Source of the DNA: an uncultured archaeon
Lineage (GTDB): Archaea; Micrarchaeota; Micrarchaeia; Micrarchaeales; CABMGC01
Reading direction: 5' to 3'
Assembly (NCBI GenBank): GCA_963704435.1
Contig: OY969902.1
Span: 300,001-332,000, forward strand
DNA length: 32,000 bases
The notes beneath the pieces were generated by a model, which did not search any database, was not told the origin of the DNA, and saw only the letters and a program-made list of their open reading frames with translations. The translations under genes and the position numbers were made by a program. Below, one piece after another: positions 8,499 to 17,712 of the stretch (positions are counted from its first letter, which is position 1; each line of letters starts with the position of its first letter).

Positions 8499-8600
8499 GA
8501 TATAGCAATAGTAATTAGTCTTTTTATAGATTACATCCTGGCCTTGATGATGTGGAGGCTTAGGATTTCTGAACCCAGCGCCTTCGACGGTAAATGTAAT

Positions 8601-8671
8601 TGGAGGCACAGGGAATCGAACCCAGACTCACACCGTGTAAGGGTGTTGTCCTACCATTAGACGATGCCTCC
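8601..8671 (-). tRNA. tRNA-Val (anticodon TAC/UAC), CCA not encoded
   Basis: Reverse complement GGAGGCA-TC-GTCT-AATGGTA-GGAC-A-ACACC-CTTACAC-GGTGT-GAGT-CTGGG-TTCGATT-CCCTG-TGCCTCC-A; perfect acceptor stem, one T-T mismatch in the T stem. Confidence 0.9.
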
Positions 8672-8676
8672 ACCTC

Positions 8677-9894
8677 CTATCTCTTGTGCTTCCTGCAGAA
8701 TTTGTTTATCTTATCTATTGCCGATTCTAATATGTCTTTCGTTGGGAGCGCGACGATCCTTATGTGGCCGGCGCAGCCGAAGCCTGACCCGCGCGTGAGC
8801 TGGACATACTCCTCCTTGAGCAGCCTGTCTACGAACTCCCTGTCGGTCCTTATCCTGATGGCGCTCCAGTCAACCTTCGGGAAGAGGTAGAACGCGCCGC
8901 TCGGCCTGACCGTCTCAAGATACCTGCTCTCGTTGACCAGTTTCGTGGCGAAGTTGACCCTGCTCGCTATCTGCCTCAACATCGCGCCCATCGCCCTCTT
9001 GTGCTCCGCGACGTTGTTCAGCCCCGCCGCGAAGGCGTACTGCGCGGGTGTGTTTGGCGAGAGCCTCAGCATCGCGAAATCAGCGAGCTTCTCCCTGACG
9101 GCTACGGAAGCCCTATCGTCCCCTGGAATCAGGAAGAAGCCTATCCTGAAGCCGGTCGCGTCGAATCCTTTGGATGCGCCGTTGAGTATGACATACGGCA
9201 TCCCCCTGGCGAGCTCGCAGACGCTCGTGAACCGCGCTCCGTTGAACACCAGCTCATCGTATATCTCGTCGCTTATCAGAAGGATCCCGTGCTCGTTCGA
9301 AAGGTCCACCAGCTCCCTCAGCACGTTCCTGCCCAGGACCGTGCCGGTGGGATTGTTCGGATTGGTGACTAGCAGGTACTTCGGCTTCCTTCCTCTCAGC
9401 TTGGCCAGCGTGCGCGCAAGGGAGTCCACATCCACGCCCCAGCCTGAGGACTCCTCATACCTGCCGTCCACCTCAACCCCGCCGTAGAGCCTGAGGTACG
9501 GCCTATAGAGGGGATAGCTAGGCCTGAACAGCACTGCGCGGTCGCCCTTGTCGATGAGCGCGGCATTGGCCAACGCTATGGCCTCGCTGACCCCCTGGGT
9601 CATTATCACGTGCTTGAAGTCGGTCTTGAGGCCGTATCTCCTCTCATACCTTTTCGCAACCGCCTCCCTGAGCTCCCTGACACCACGTGGGTCTGAGTAT
9701 CCGGTCTTGCCCTCCCTGATTGCCTCCACATAGGCATCCAGGATGTACCTGGGAGTCCTGAAGTACGCAGCAGGATCGCCCCGGTTTAGCTTCAGCACCT
9801 TCCTCCTCTCCTCCGCAAGCTCGTCCGCGACCCGATCCTCCTCCTCTATCGGGTTCTCTGCGAAGGCGCTTCTCCGAGAAAGCAGCGACACCAT
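8677..9894 (-). CDS. class I/II PLP-dependent aminotransferase
   Basis: 405 aa; VTNPNNPTGTVLG, LISDEIYDELVF, NGASKGFDATGFRIGF (PLP lysine). Confidence 0.93.
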   Translation of the reverse strand: MVSLLSRRSAFAENPIEEEDRVADELAEERRKVLKLNRGDPAAYFRTPRYILDAYVEAIREGKTGYSDPRGVRELREAVAKRYERRYGLKTDFKHVIMTQGVSEAIALANAALIDKGDRAVLFRPSYPLYRPYLRLYGGVEVDGRYEESSGWGVDVDSLARTLAKLRGRKPKYLLVTNPNNPTGTVLGRNVLRELVDLSNEHGILLISDEIYDELVFNGARFTSVCELARGMPYVILNGASKGFDATGFRIGFFLIPGDDRASVAVREKLADFAMLRLSPNTPAQYAFAAGLNNVAEHKRAMGAMLRQIASRVNFATKLVNESRYLETVRPSGAFYLFPKVDWSAIRIRTDREFVDRLLKEEYVQLTRGSGFGCAGHIRIVALPTKDILESAIDKINKFCRKHKR

Positions 9895-9987
9895 ACCATC
9901 GGTAATCTAGCAAAATGTGGCTATATATGCTTTGCTGTCATATGACGTCTGTTTAAGCCATTGAGCAAATCGGAAGGTGTTTTTTCG

Positions 9988-11634
9988 ATGCCCGAAGGGA
10001 CCTGGGAAAAGATCGTGAAGGACGCGCCGCCCAAAAAGGCGCAGCCCGCAATAGAATATTTCCTGACCTACGGATGGGCCATCATCGTAATTGCAATAAT
10101 AATGGCCATACTCTTTGTGTTCATTCTCGCACCCACCACATTCGTTCCCTCCTCCTGCACGTTCTCATACGGATCATACTGCGACGACGTGGTCATGAGC
10201 TATAACTCAGTCTCTAGCAGCGTGTGGATGCTCTTCACAAACTCCCAGTCATATCCTCTGCTGGCTCCGACGATACAGCTGAATGCCAGCGGCATCCCTG
10301 CGACGGCAGGCACCTGCAGGCCTAACTTGGCGCTTGCGGGGGGCGCAATCCTATGCAGCGTGGTTCTGCCTGCGAACTCCGTGGCCATCGGCCAGAGCGT
10401 ATCAGGAAGCATGTATCTCACCGTGACGCCGTGCCAGAGCGGAAATGCGGTAGTCTGCGCAAACAGTATAAGGCAGACTTACTCAGGGCATTTCACAGTG
10501 CAGACGGCGACCTCACCATCTAACACGCTGACAATTACCCTTGCAGAGCAGAGCCCCTACTGGCAGGCCGGCTCAGGCACGGGGGACAGGCTCACGGCGA
10601 ACGTCAGACTCTTCGGAACGCCTCTTACAGGAGCGACAGTGAACTTCACGGCTAACTCTTTGGCAGTGAGCATAAGCCCCACTCAGATAGGCACCGACGG
10701 CAACGGGAACGCGTACACCTCGGTCGCGTCTTCTACGTTGGGCACAGTGACCGTCAACGCAGTGTTCGCGAACGTTTCTGCGACAAACACCATAATCTTC
10801 CAGCCGATGCCAACGACATCCACCTCGAGCATCTCTACTCCAACTTCATCGACATCTATAACGTCAACAGCTTCCACCTCAACTTCGGCAACCACTACAA
10901 CTATTGTTTCGTTAGCCCCTCTGGATTGTGTCCTCCTGCCCTCGATTTATTGCATCACATCAAGCGGGATGTATTACTGGTCGGGTTCATGGACATATAG
11001 TGACGTTGCGCCTCCCGGAACCGCCGCGGGAAGTCCTATAAGCTGCTACGTTAGTCCTAGCCTTAATTGCATCACCCCGAGCGGATGGTACCTGTACGCC
11101 GATCCTGGATGGACATATGAAACTTCCGCGCCTTCCGGAACCGTGGCTGGCAGCCCTCTGAGCTGCTTCATTGACGGCCAGCTCTACTGCATTAATCCAA
11201 GCGGTTTCTATGAGTATGTCTCAGGATGGAGATATAATGCCGCCGCGCCTCCCGGAACCGCAGCGGGCAGCCCCCTAAGTTGCATCCCGGACGCGCCCGC
11301 TTCCGAGATCTACTGCATCACCCCGAGCGGGTACGAAGAGTGGACGATTGCAGAGTCCTGGATATCTAGTGTAGCGCCTCCTGGAGTTGCTGCAGGCAAT
11401 CCGCTATACTGCTTCCTTCCCTCTTCTCTTTATTGCATCACCCCGAGCGGCTGGTACTTGTTTTCCGATCCTGGATGGACATATGAAACTTCCGCGCCTT
11501 CCGGAACCACCGCAGGCACCCCCCTGGTTTGCTTCTATTACAGCAGTGAGCTTTACTGCGTCAATCCAAGCGGTTTCTACGAGTATAGCGCAGGGATATT
11601 CACCAGCATAGGTTCTGCACCCCCCGGAGCTTAA
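9988..11634 (+). CDS. pilin-like class III signal peptide protein with Ig/Big-like domain and six ~40-aa C-terminal repeats
   Basis: N-terminus PPKKAQPAIEYFLTYGWAIIVIAIIMAILFVFIL; Ser/Thr linker; repeats of form C-x-YCITPSGWYxY-x-GWTYETSAPSGTxAGSPL. Track start 9961 is TTG; ATG 9988 has GGAAGGTG upstream. Confidence 0.85.
   Translation: MPEGTWEKIVKDAPPKKAQPAIEYFLTYGWAIIVIAIIMAILFVFILAPTTFVPSSCTFSYGSYCDDVVMSYNSVSSSVWMLFTNSQSYPLLAPTIQLNASGIPATAGTCRPNLALAGGAILCSVVLPANSVAIGQSVSGSMYLTVTPCQSGNAVVCANSIRQTYSGHFTVQTATSPSNTLTITLAEQSPYWQAGSGTGDRLTANVRLFGTPLTGATVNFTANSLAVSISPTQIGTDGNGNAYTSVASSTLGTVTVNAVFANVSATNTIIFQPMPTTSTSSISTPTSSTSITSTASTSTSATTTTIVSLAPLDCVLLPSIYCITSSGMYYWSGSWTYSDVAPPGTAAGSPISCYVSPSLNCITPSGWYLYADPGWTYETSAPSGTVAGSPLSCFIDGQLYCINPSGFYEYVSGWRYNAAAPPGTAAGSPLSCIPDAPASEIYCITPSGYEEWTIAESWISSVAPPGVAAGNPLYCFLPSSLYCITPSGWYLFSDPGWTYETSAPSGTTAGTPLVCFYYSSELYCVNPSGFYEYSAGIFTSIGSAPPGA
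10927..11631 (+). repeat. six degenerate in-frame repeats (39, 40, 39, 43, 40, 34 codons)
   Basis: Cys-to-Cys unit starts at 10927, 11044, 11164, 11281, 11410, 11530; units 2 and 5 share a long identical stretch GATCCTGGATGGACATATGAAACTTCCGCGCCTTCCGGAACC. Confidence 0.85.
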
Positions 11635-11664
11635 TTGCGCAATGTGTGCTGGCTACGCGCTAGG

Positions 11665-11775
11665 CTACTTGTACACCGACTCGGTGAGCTTGTCCGCGTA
11701 GTCGAGGGCGCCGCCAAGACCTATCTTCGGCAGCGGTATGAACACGAGGTTGTCTTCGACGGAGTTGCAGCTCAC
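11665..11775 (-). CDS. 36-aa micro-ORF translationally coupled to dph6
   Basis: Manual translation from GTG 11775: VSCNSVEDNLVFIPLPKIGLGGALDYADKLTESVYK*; start overlaps dph6 stop (GTGA). Confidence 0.4.
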   Translation of the reverse strand: MSCNSVEDNLVFIPLPKIGLGGALDYADKLTESVYK

Positions 11776-12440
11776 TTGTCCTCAAGCATGGCATCCTCTA
11801 TGGTGTAGGTTCCTCTCCCATTCGAGAACGCCGTCTCCGATTTTTCGACCACTATCCTTTTCCTGAACAGCGGCGCGTCCAGCACGAACGTCTCCGCCTC
11901 TCCTCCTTCGAAGAGCGGGTTTATTCCATACGTCCTGCTCAGCTCCATCACCCTTTCCGCCATCTTCCTGTCTATTCTCTTACCAAGGAAAGTACTGTCA
12001 AGGCCTTCCGCGGACACTGCAGTCATTATTACTTCGTAGTTGTCCGCGAGCTCGTTGAGCTCAGAGATCGGCTCTATGTGCCAGAGGGGCGCCATATGCT
12101 CTATGCCGAGCCTTCTCGTCATCGCGTTTATGCGGTCTCCCTGATATCTGCTGTACGTAGCGCCAGTCACCAGCAGTTTTACCTCGTTGCCCACAAGCGC
12201 CTGCTCAAGATCCGCCAGCTCCTTCTCCTTCTCTCCTTTGGTGTTTGCTAAGACGTGCTTTATTCCCAGCGCCTCCGCCTGCAGCCTCGTATATTCGACG
12301 TTGGGATAATGGAACATGTAGCTCTCCTTGTTCGCAGATCTCATCGTTATCAAGAGATCTATCCTTATCCCGGCCGCGACCGCTTTATGGAGCGCGAGCG
12401 TGGAATCCTTGCCTCCGCTGAAAAGGCACGCGTTGGTCAT
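11772..12440 (-). CDS. dph6: diphthine--ammonia ligase family (ATP-binding, PP-loop)
   Basis: 222 aa; CLFSGGKDSTLALHKA, PLWHIEP, EGGEAETFVLDAPLF. Confidence 0.9.
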   Translation of the reverse strand: MTNACLFSGGKDSTLALHKAVAAGIRIDLLITMRSANKESYMFHYPNVEYTRLQAEALGIKHVLANTKGEKEKELADLEQALVGNEVKLLVTGATYSRYQGDRINAMTRRLGIEHMAPLWHIEPISELNELADNYEVIMTAVSAEGLDSTFLGKRIDRKMAERVMELSRTYGINPLFEGGEAETFVLDAPLFRKRIVVEKSETAFSNGRGTYTIEDAMLEDK

Positions 12441-12542
12441 CGTTTCTTCCTCCTATTGAATGAATTGAGTACGCTTTTATAACCTATTTTATCAATAATA
12501 AATACTTAACAGAGAACAATTTGGACAAAAACCCGTGAACGC

Positions 12543-14240
12543 ATGTACATCCTTGGTTTGTGGGACGGTCATGATGCAGGCGCAGCCCTGCTTGAGGACG
12601 ACAGGATAGTCTTCGCTGCCAACGAGGAACGGTACACCAAGCGCAAGCTTGAGATAAAGTTCCCCTACAATTCGATAACTGCCGCGCTGTCCTATGCGGG
12701 CATAAAGCCTAGCGATGTAGAGACCGTCGCGTTCCCGACGACCGAGTTCGCGAAGACCCTCTCGCGAGTCCTTCCGTACCAGCAGGAGGCATACTACCAG
12801 TTCAGGAGAAGGAAGATGCTCAAGCCCAGGGGAGAGTCGGCAAGGCGCTTCCTGAAGTATGCGCAGACCGGAGTGGGCACGCTTCCCCTCTGCGGCACGG
12901 TGAGCAAGGCAGCGATATCCCGGCACCTCAGGAGCATTGGCTTCGGCAAATTCAAGCTTCACGGCGTTGACCATCACGAGTCGCACGCCGCCACTGCCGC
13001 CTTCACATCAGGATTCGACAAGGCGCTGGTCATCACCATCGACGGATTGGGGGATGGAGTGAGCGCATCCGTGAGCGTGCTCGACGGCGGAAAGCTCGAG
13101 AGGCAGCACTCGGTCAGCGCGAGGAACTCCATAGGCGTGTTCTTCGAGCAGGTCACCAACATCGTAGGCATGCGCGAGCTCGAGGACGAGGGCAAGGTCA
13201 TGGCGATGGCCTGTTACTCCTACCCCTTCCCGTTCGAGGAGAACAGGCTCAAGGACTTCTTCAGCGTGGAGGGGCTCGACATACGCGCGAAGTACGGGCC
13301 GAACGGCCAGTATGACGCGCTGAGCAGGATCGCGTGGTCGATGCCGAGGGAGCAGTTCTCCTACATGGCGCAGCAGCTCCTGGAGCGCGTGCTCGTCGAT
13401 TTCTTCACGAACGCCATCGAGCGGTTCGGCATCGGGAACGTGGCAATGGCTGGCGGAACGCTCTCGAACGTCAAGGCTAATATGCAGGTGAGGAACATCG
13501 AAGGGCTTAAGAGGTGGTTCATATTCCCGCACATGGGAGACGGAGGCATAGCTCTCGGAGCCGCGATGCACGTGAACCACGAGCTCAATGGGACCGGCGC
13601 ATACGAATTCAAGGACTCATACTTGGGGGACGGGTTCAGCGAGGGCTATGTCGAGGGGCTGCTCAGGAAGGAGAAGGGAATAAGGTTCGAGAGGGACGCA
13701 GACAGCAGCGCCCACGCCGCGGAGCTCATAAGCGGGGACGATTACGTCTTCTGGTTCCAGGGAAGGATGGAGTACGGGCCGCGAGCTCTAGGCAACAGGA
13801 GCATACTGGCGAAGGCGGGATCGGAGAGCGTGAAGGACAAGCTAAACACGTACGTCAAGCAGAGGGAATGGTACCAGCCGTTCGCGCCATCGATGCTGGA
13901 GGAAGAGTCTACCCGGTTGCTGGATGACATAAAGGGCAGCGACCGCTTCATGACCATGGCCTACAAGGTGAAAAAGGGCGCCGAGGGACTGATGAGGTCG
14001 GTAATCCACGTGGACGGCACCGCGAGGCCGCAGATGGTCGGCACCGAGAATCCGAATTATCGCGAGCTCCTGAGGAGGCTTGCGCAGCTCGATGGATACG
14101 GCATGGCGCTGAACACCAGCTTCAACATACATGGCATGCCGATAGTCAGGAGCCCGGAGGATGCGCTCGATACGATGAGGAAGACGAAGACGAGGCACAT
14201 GTTCCTCAACGGATTCTACGTTGAGAACACGGAGGCGTGA
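12543..14240 (+). CDS. NodU/CmcH-family carbamoyltransferase
   Basis: 565 aa; LGLWDGHDAGAAL, VDHHESHAATAAF, AMAGGTLSNVKAN, GRMEYGPRALGNRSIL, ALNTSFNIHGMPIV. Confidence 0.93.
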   Translation: MYILGLWDGHDAGAALLEDDRIVFAANEERYTKRKLEIKFPYNSITAALSYAGIKPSDVETVAFPTTEFAKTLSRVLPYQQEAYYQFRRRKMLKPRGESARRFLKYAQTGVGTLPLCGTVSKAAISRHLRSIGFGKFKLHGVDHHESHAATAAFTSGFDKALVITIDGLGDGVSASVSVLDGGKLERQHSVSARNSIGVFFEQVTNIVGMRELEDEGKVMAMACYSYPFPFEENRLKDFFSVEGLDIRAKYGPNGQYDALSRIAWSMPREQFSYMAQQLLERVLVDFFTNAIERFGIGNVAMAGGTLSNVKANMQVRNIEGLKRWFIFPHMGDGGIALGAAMHVNHELNGTGAYEFKDSYLGDGFSEGYVEGLLRKEKGIRFERDADSSAHAAELISGDDYVFWFQGRMEYGPRALGNRSILAKAGSESVKDKLNTYVKQREWYQPFAPSMLEEESTRLLDDIKGSDRFMTMAYKVKKGAEGLMRSVIHVDGTARPQMVGTENPNYRELLRRLAQLDGYGMALNTSFNIHGMPIVRSPEDALDTMRKTKTRHMFLNGFYVENTEA

Positions 14241-15973
14241 CCATGCTCCTCGGATACGCCACTACAGCGGCAGTGCTCGCGACCTTCGCGTCGCTTCTCC
14301 TCTTCGTCTTCATGGGCAGGAAGGAGCTACGCGAAGTCCTGTCGAAGTGCATAAACAGGTACTCCCTGATCGCGCTGCTCGCGATCCTAGCGTTCTTCAT
14401 AGCGTTCGCCGCTACGAGGGTGAGCGCCGTCTCCCAGCTGTATTTCGACGAGAACATCTACCAGGGGGTGGCGATCAACATCCTCAGCCACGGCAGCGCG
14501 CTGTGGTGCCAGTACGGAACTGGCTACCTGCGGAACTGCTTCTCGACCCAGGTGTACCACGACCCTGTGGGCTGGTCCGTCTTCATAGCGATGGCCTTCG
14601 CTCTATTCGGGATAGGCTTCAATACCGCTTACGGGCTCGAACTGGCGGTCGGCGCGATGTCCATAGTCGCTGTCTTCCTTCTCTCGAGCGTCCTGCTCGA
14701 CAGGAAGCGCCTTGCGGTGATAGCCACCGTCGCGTTCGTGACAATGCCGCAGCTCTACATCTGGTCTAGGACGCAGGCGGACATCGACCTGCCGTTCATG
14801 ATGCTGGCTACGCTGGCGTTCTTCTTCTTCTTCGTCTTCGAGAGGAAGAGGAGCTTCAACACCCTCGCGCTCTTCGCTTTCAGCCTGGTGCTCGTCGCGT
14901 ATGTCAGGATAGAGGCGATGCTCCTGATCGCGGTGTTCGCTGCGCTTTTTGTCGCTTTCGGCGATGGAGGGATAAGGAAATCGGTGCGCAGGAACCTGGC
15001 GGCCATCAGGCATGCGCTGGGCGATAACGCAAAGGCAATACTCCTGCTGATCGTCTTCATCGTGCTCCTCCTGCCTGAAATCTACTACGTGGCGTTGGAG
15101 TTCGCCAGCCCCAGCTACGGCCAGCCATCAGGGCAGGGCGTGCTGTCCCTGGCGAACTTCATGAGCAACGCGCCCACGAATGCGCTTTTCCTGACCGGGC
15201 TCCTATCGGGAATGAACAGCGCCGCGCTCTACCCGATCGTCTTCTCCGGAACGGTGATGTTCCTGGCCATCTTGGGGACGCTCCTCTTCGCCCTCGACTC
15301 CAGGCGCAGGGACAGGTTCTGCGTGCTCCTCGCGCTTTGGCTGTGGTTCGCGGTCTACTTCCTCTTCTACGCATCATTCTACGCGGGCAGCGCGACGTTC
15401 GGAGTCGACTCGAGGTTCATGCTGCAGACGCTGCCTCCTCTCTCACTGCTCGCGGCGCTGTGCGTTTTCGAGCTTGGCGAAGCAGCTTCGCGGCTTACGG
15501 AAGGCCGCAGAAAAGGCAGAAAACTCCGGTCCAGTATCGCGTTCTACGCGGTGGCGGGTGCGGTAGCTGCGGCGGCGTTCGCGTACCCGTTCGTTATGAT
15601 TGCGCCCGTAATAACCATGAGCCCGTCGAGCATGCCCCAGCAGTCGGTGATACTCAAGGCGGTCAACTTCTTCTACGCCAACTACAACTCCGTGCCGGAC
15701 AACTGCCTCGTGTTCTCGTTCACGCCGGACTTGTGGTACGAGGTGAACATAAGCTCCGCGCAGATAAACCTGATGGGAAGCGCCAGCATCAGCCAGGATC
15801 TGGGACAGAACAAGTGCGTCGTGCTCGACTACGGCTACTGGTGCGTGGTTCCGCCGTTCCGCGACACGACCTGCAAGATGCTGGCCCAGGAATACAAGAC
15901 GCGCGTGATCGCCTCGGCGTCCGCCGGTAACGGCTACAACACGACCTTCTACCAGATCCTGAACTACAGCTAG
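14237..15973 (+). CDS. GT-C type polytopic membrane glycosyltransferase (PMT/ArnT-like)
   Basis: 578 aa; about 10 TM segments; first extracellular loop LYFDENIYQGVAINILSHG with DE motif. GTG 14237 overlaps the previous stop (GTGA); ATG 14243 is an alternative. Confidence 0.75.
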   Translation: MTMLLGYATTAAVLATFASLLLFVFMGRKELREVLSKCINRYSLIALLAILAFFIAFAATRVSAVSQLYFDENIYQGVAINILSHGSALWCQYGTGYLRNCFSTQVYHDPVGWSVFIAMAFALFGIGFNTAYGLELAVGAMSIVAVFLLSSVLLDRKRLAVIATVAFVTMPQLYIWSRTQADIDLPFMMLATLAFFFFFVFERKRSFNTLALFAFSLVLVAYVRIEAMLLIAVFAALFVAFGDGGIRKSVRRNLAAIRHALGDNAKAILLLIVFIVLLLPEIYYVALEFASPSYGQPSGQGVLSLANFMSNAPTNALFLTGLLSGMNSAALYPIVFSGTVMFLAILGTLLFALDSRRRDRFCVLLALWLWFAVYFLFYASFYAGSATFGVDSRFMLQTLPPLSLLAALCVFELGEAASRLTEGRRKGRKLRSSIAFYAVAGAVAAAAFAYPFVMIAPVITMSPSSMPQQSVILKAVNFFYANYNSVPDNCLVFSFTPDLWYEVNISSAQINLMGSASISQDLGQNKCVVLDYGYWCVVPPFRDTTCKMLAQEYKTRVIASASAGNGYNTTFYQILNYS

Positions 15974-16776
15974 GCGGGGTGCTTCTTCCTCTTCTTCAGG
16001 AACACGTACGCCAGTAGCGCCACCAGAAGCGCGACCACCGCGGCGGACGCCCACAGCAGTACCGACCCGAGGTCCAGGGGCGGGTTCAGCTTTTGCTGGG
16101 ATATAGAGAACGAGACGTACCTTGCGTATGAGAGATTGCCTTCCTCATACTGTGCGGCAGCGGCGACCCCGTAGGACACCTGCGCCGAGGACGGCAGTTT
16201 TAGGTAAAAGGTGGCGTTCTTCGTAATGTAGGGACCCAGACCTATTCTGAGCTGCCTGGCAGACTCGTATAAGAACGTCGGGGGCAGTATCAGCGAGACG
16301 TTGGCAGTTACATTGGCTGCGCTGAAAAGGGAAACGCTGACCTTGGCAGTTCCGTTGGGCCCAGGAGACACGCTCGGAGTGAGATATATCTGGGACACGG
16401 TGGTGTTGTGGAAGCTCACGAGGCACGGGAAGACCGCGGTGAAGGAGTCCATTCCCTGCATGTAGGTCGTCACAAAATAATCTGCGTACGTGCCCCTAGC
16501 GGTTATGTTCGACAGGGAGATGCTTACGTTGGCGCCAGCGCCAGGCTGCAGCAGGCCGTTCACCGCGTAGCCCTCGCTTGCGCTCCTGGCTCCGGAGATG
16601 AATGGCTGGATTCCTATGTTGTATGCGGTGTCGTTGCTTAAATTGGAGTTTGAGAGATTGAAGACGATTGAATTGCCGTCCACAGGATTTCTGCACAATC
16701 CGCTGAGCGTGAGCGTCCCGGCCGCGGCCAGGCTGGCCAGCAGCAGGAATGCCATTGCAAATGCGAACCTGCTCAC
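15970..16776 (-). CDS. secreted surface protein with signal peptide and C-terminal TM plus basic tail
   Basis: Trimmed to GTG 16776 (VSRFAFAMAFLLLASLAAAGTLT); SD AAGGAG upstream; GTG overlaps agmatinase stop (GTGA); C-terminus LLWASAAVVALLVALLAYVFLKKRKKHPA. Confidence 0.8.
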   Translation of the reverse strand: MSRFAFAMAFLLLASLAAAGTLTLSGLCRNPVDGNSIVFNLSNSNLSNDTAYNIGIQPFISGARSASEGYAVNGLLQPGAGANVSISLSNITARGTYADYFVTTYMQGMDSFTAVFPCLVSFHNTTVSQIYLTPSVSPGPNGTAKVSVSLFSAANVTANVSLILPPTFLYESARQLRIGLGPYITKNATFYLKLPSSAQVSYGVAAAAQYEEGNLSYARYVSFSISQQKLNPPLDLGSVLLWASAAVVALLVALLAYVFLKKRKKHPA

Positions 16777-17672
16777 GAGCTCTCCTTCTTTGACAGGAAA
16801 TATCCCAGCGTCAGGTAGATCAGCTTGGCCGTGAGGTAGTCCGGCGCATGCAGGTAGGGTATCGGGCACAGCTCAGTCACGTCCAGCCCGACCAGCGTCT
16901 TGCGCTGGCCCAGCTCCTCTATTATCTGCATCAGCTCGTAGAACCTGAGCCCGTCGGGCTCCGGGGTGCCCACGCTGGGCATCTCGCTCGGATCGAGCAC
17001 GTCGAGGTCTATGGACAGGTAGATCTTTTCGGGGGTCGATTCGACTATCGTGTCTATCGCCTCTCGCATCCCTATCCTCCGCAGGTCCCTCTGGCAGAGC
17101 ACCTTCTGGCGTTCGGCCTTCGCTGCGAAACCGCTGTCCATGCTCCTGACCCCGACCTGAAAGGTCTCGGGGTACAGCTCCCTCGCCCTGGCGATCACCG
17201 TGCCGTGCATGTACCTTGAACTCAGCAACTCCGCCCTTGAGTCGGAATGCGCGTCGAAGCACAGCACACCGAAGTCCGCGTTCCTTTCCTTGAAGGCGCG
17301 AAGGGCGCCCAGGGTTATGGTGTGCTCACCGCCGAGCAGGAGCGGCACCTTCCGGTCCTGCAGCATTATGCCCACCTCCCTCTTTATGGCCTCTATCATG
17401 CTATCGGGGGAGCTCACGTCGGGCGACATCGCCGGCAGCGTGTATATGCCTATGCCGCTTATGTCCGCGCCAAGCTCGTAGCTGTAGAGCTCCATGTTCC
17501 TGCTCGCGTTTATTATCGCGTCGGGACCCTCGCGCGCCCCCGTCTTGTAAGTGGTGGTCGCGTCGTACGGCACCGGAAGAACGGCCACCCTGGCCTTTTC
17601 GTAGTCCTGCTCGTCGATGCCGAACAGGTTGTGCTTCGGCGCCTGGTTCAGCGGAAGTTTCGGGTCTGCCAT
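16773..17672 (-). CDS. speB: agmatinase / ureohydrolase family
   Basis: 299 aa; GGEHTITLGALRAF, FDAHSDSRAELL, DLDVLDPSEMPSVGTPEPDGL. Confidence 0.9.
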   Translation of the reverse strand: MADPKLPLNQAPKHNLFGIDEQDYEKARVAVLPVPYDATTTYKTGAREGPDAIINASRNMELYSYELGADISGIGIYTLPAMSPDVSSPDSMIEAIKREVGIMLQDRKVPLLLGGEHTITLGALRAFKERNADFGVLCFDAHSDSRAELLSSRYMHGTVIARARELYPETFQVGVRSMDSGFAAKAERQKVLCQRDLRRIGMREAIDTIVESTPEKIYLSIDLDVLDPSEMPSVGTPEPDGLRFYELMQIIEELGQRKTLVGLDVTELCPIPYLHAPDYLTAKLIYLTLGYFLSKKESS

Positions 17673-17712
17673 TCAAACACGCTCGTAAGTATATGATTGC
17701 CGGAATAGGTAT

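Noticed and set aside
10850-10915. Thr/Ser-rich DNA stretch as a possible CRISPR or satellite array
   Set aside because: It encodes a low-complexity TSTSTTT linker in frame; there are no regularly spaced identical repeats with unique spacers. No CRISPR array was found in the window.
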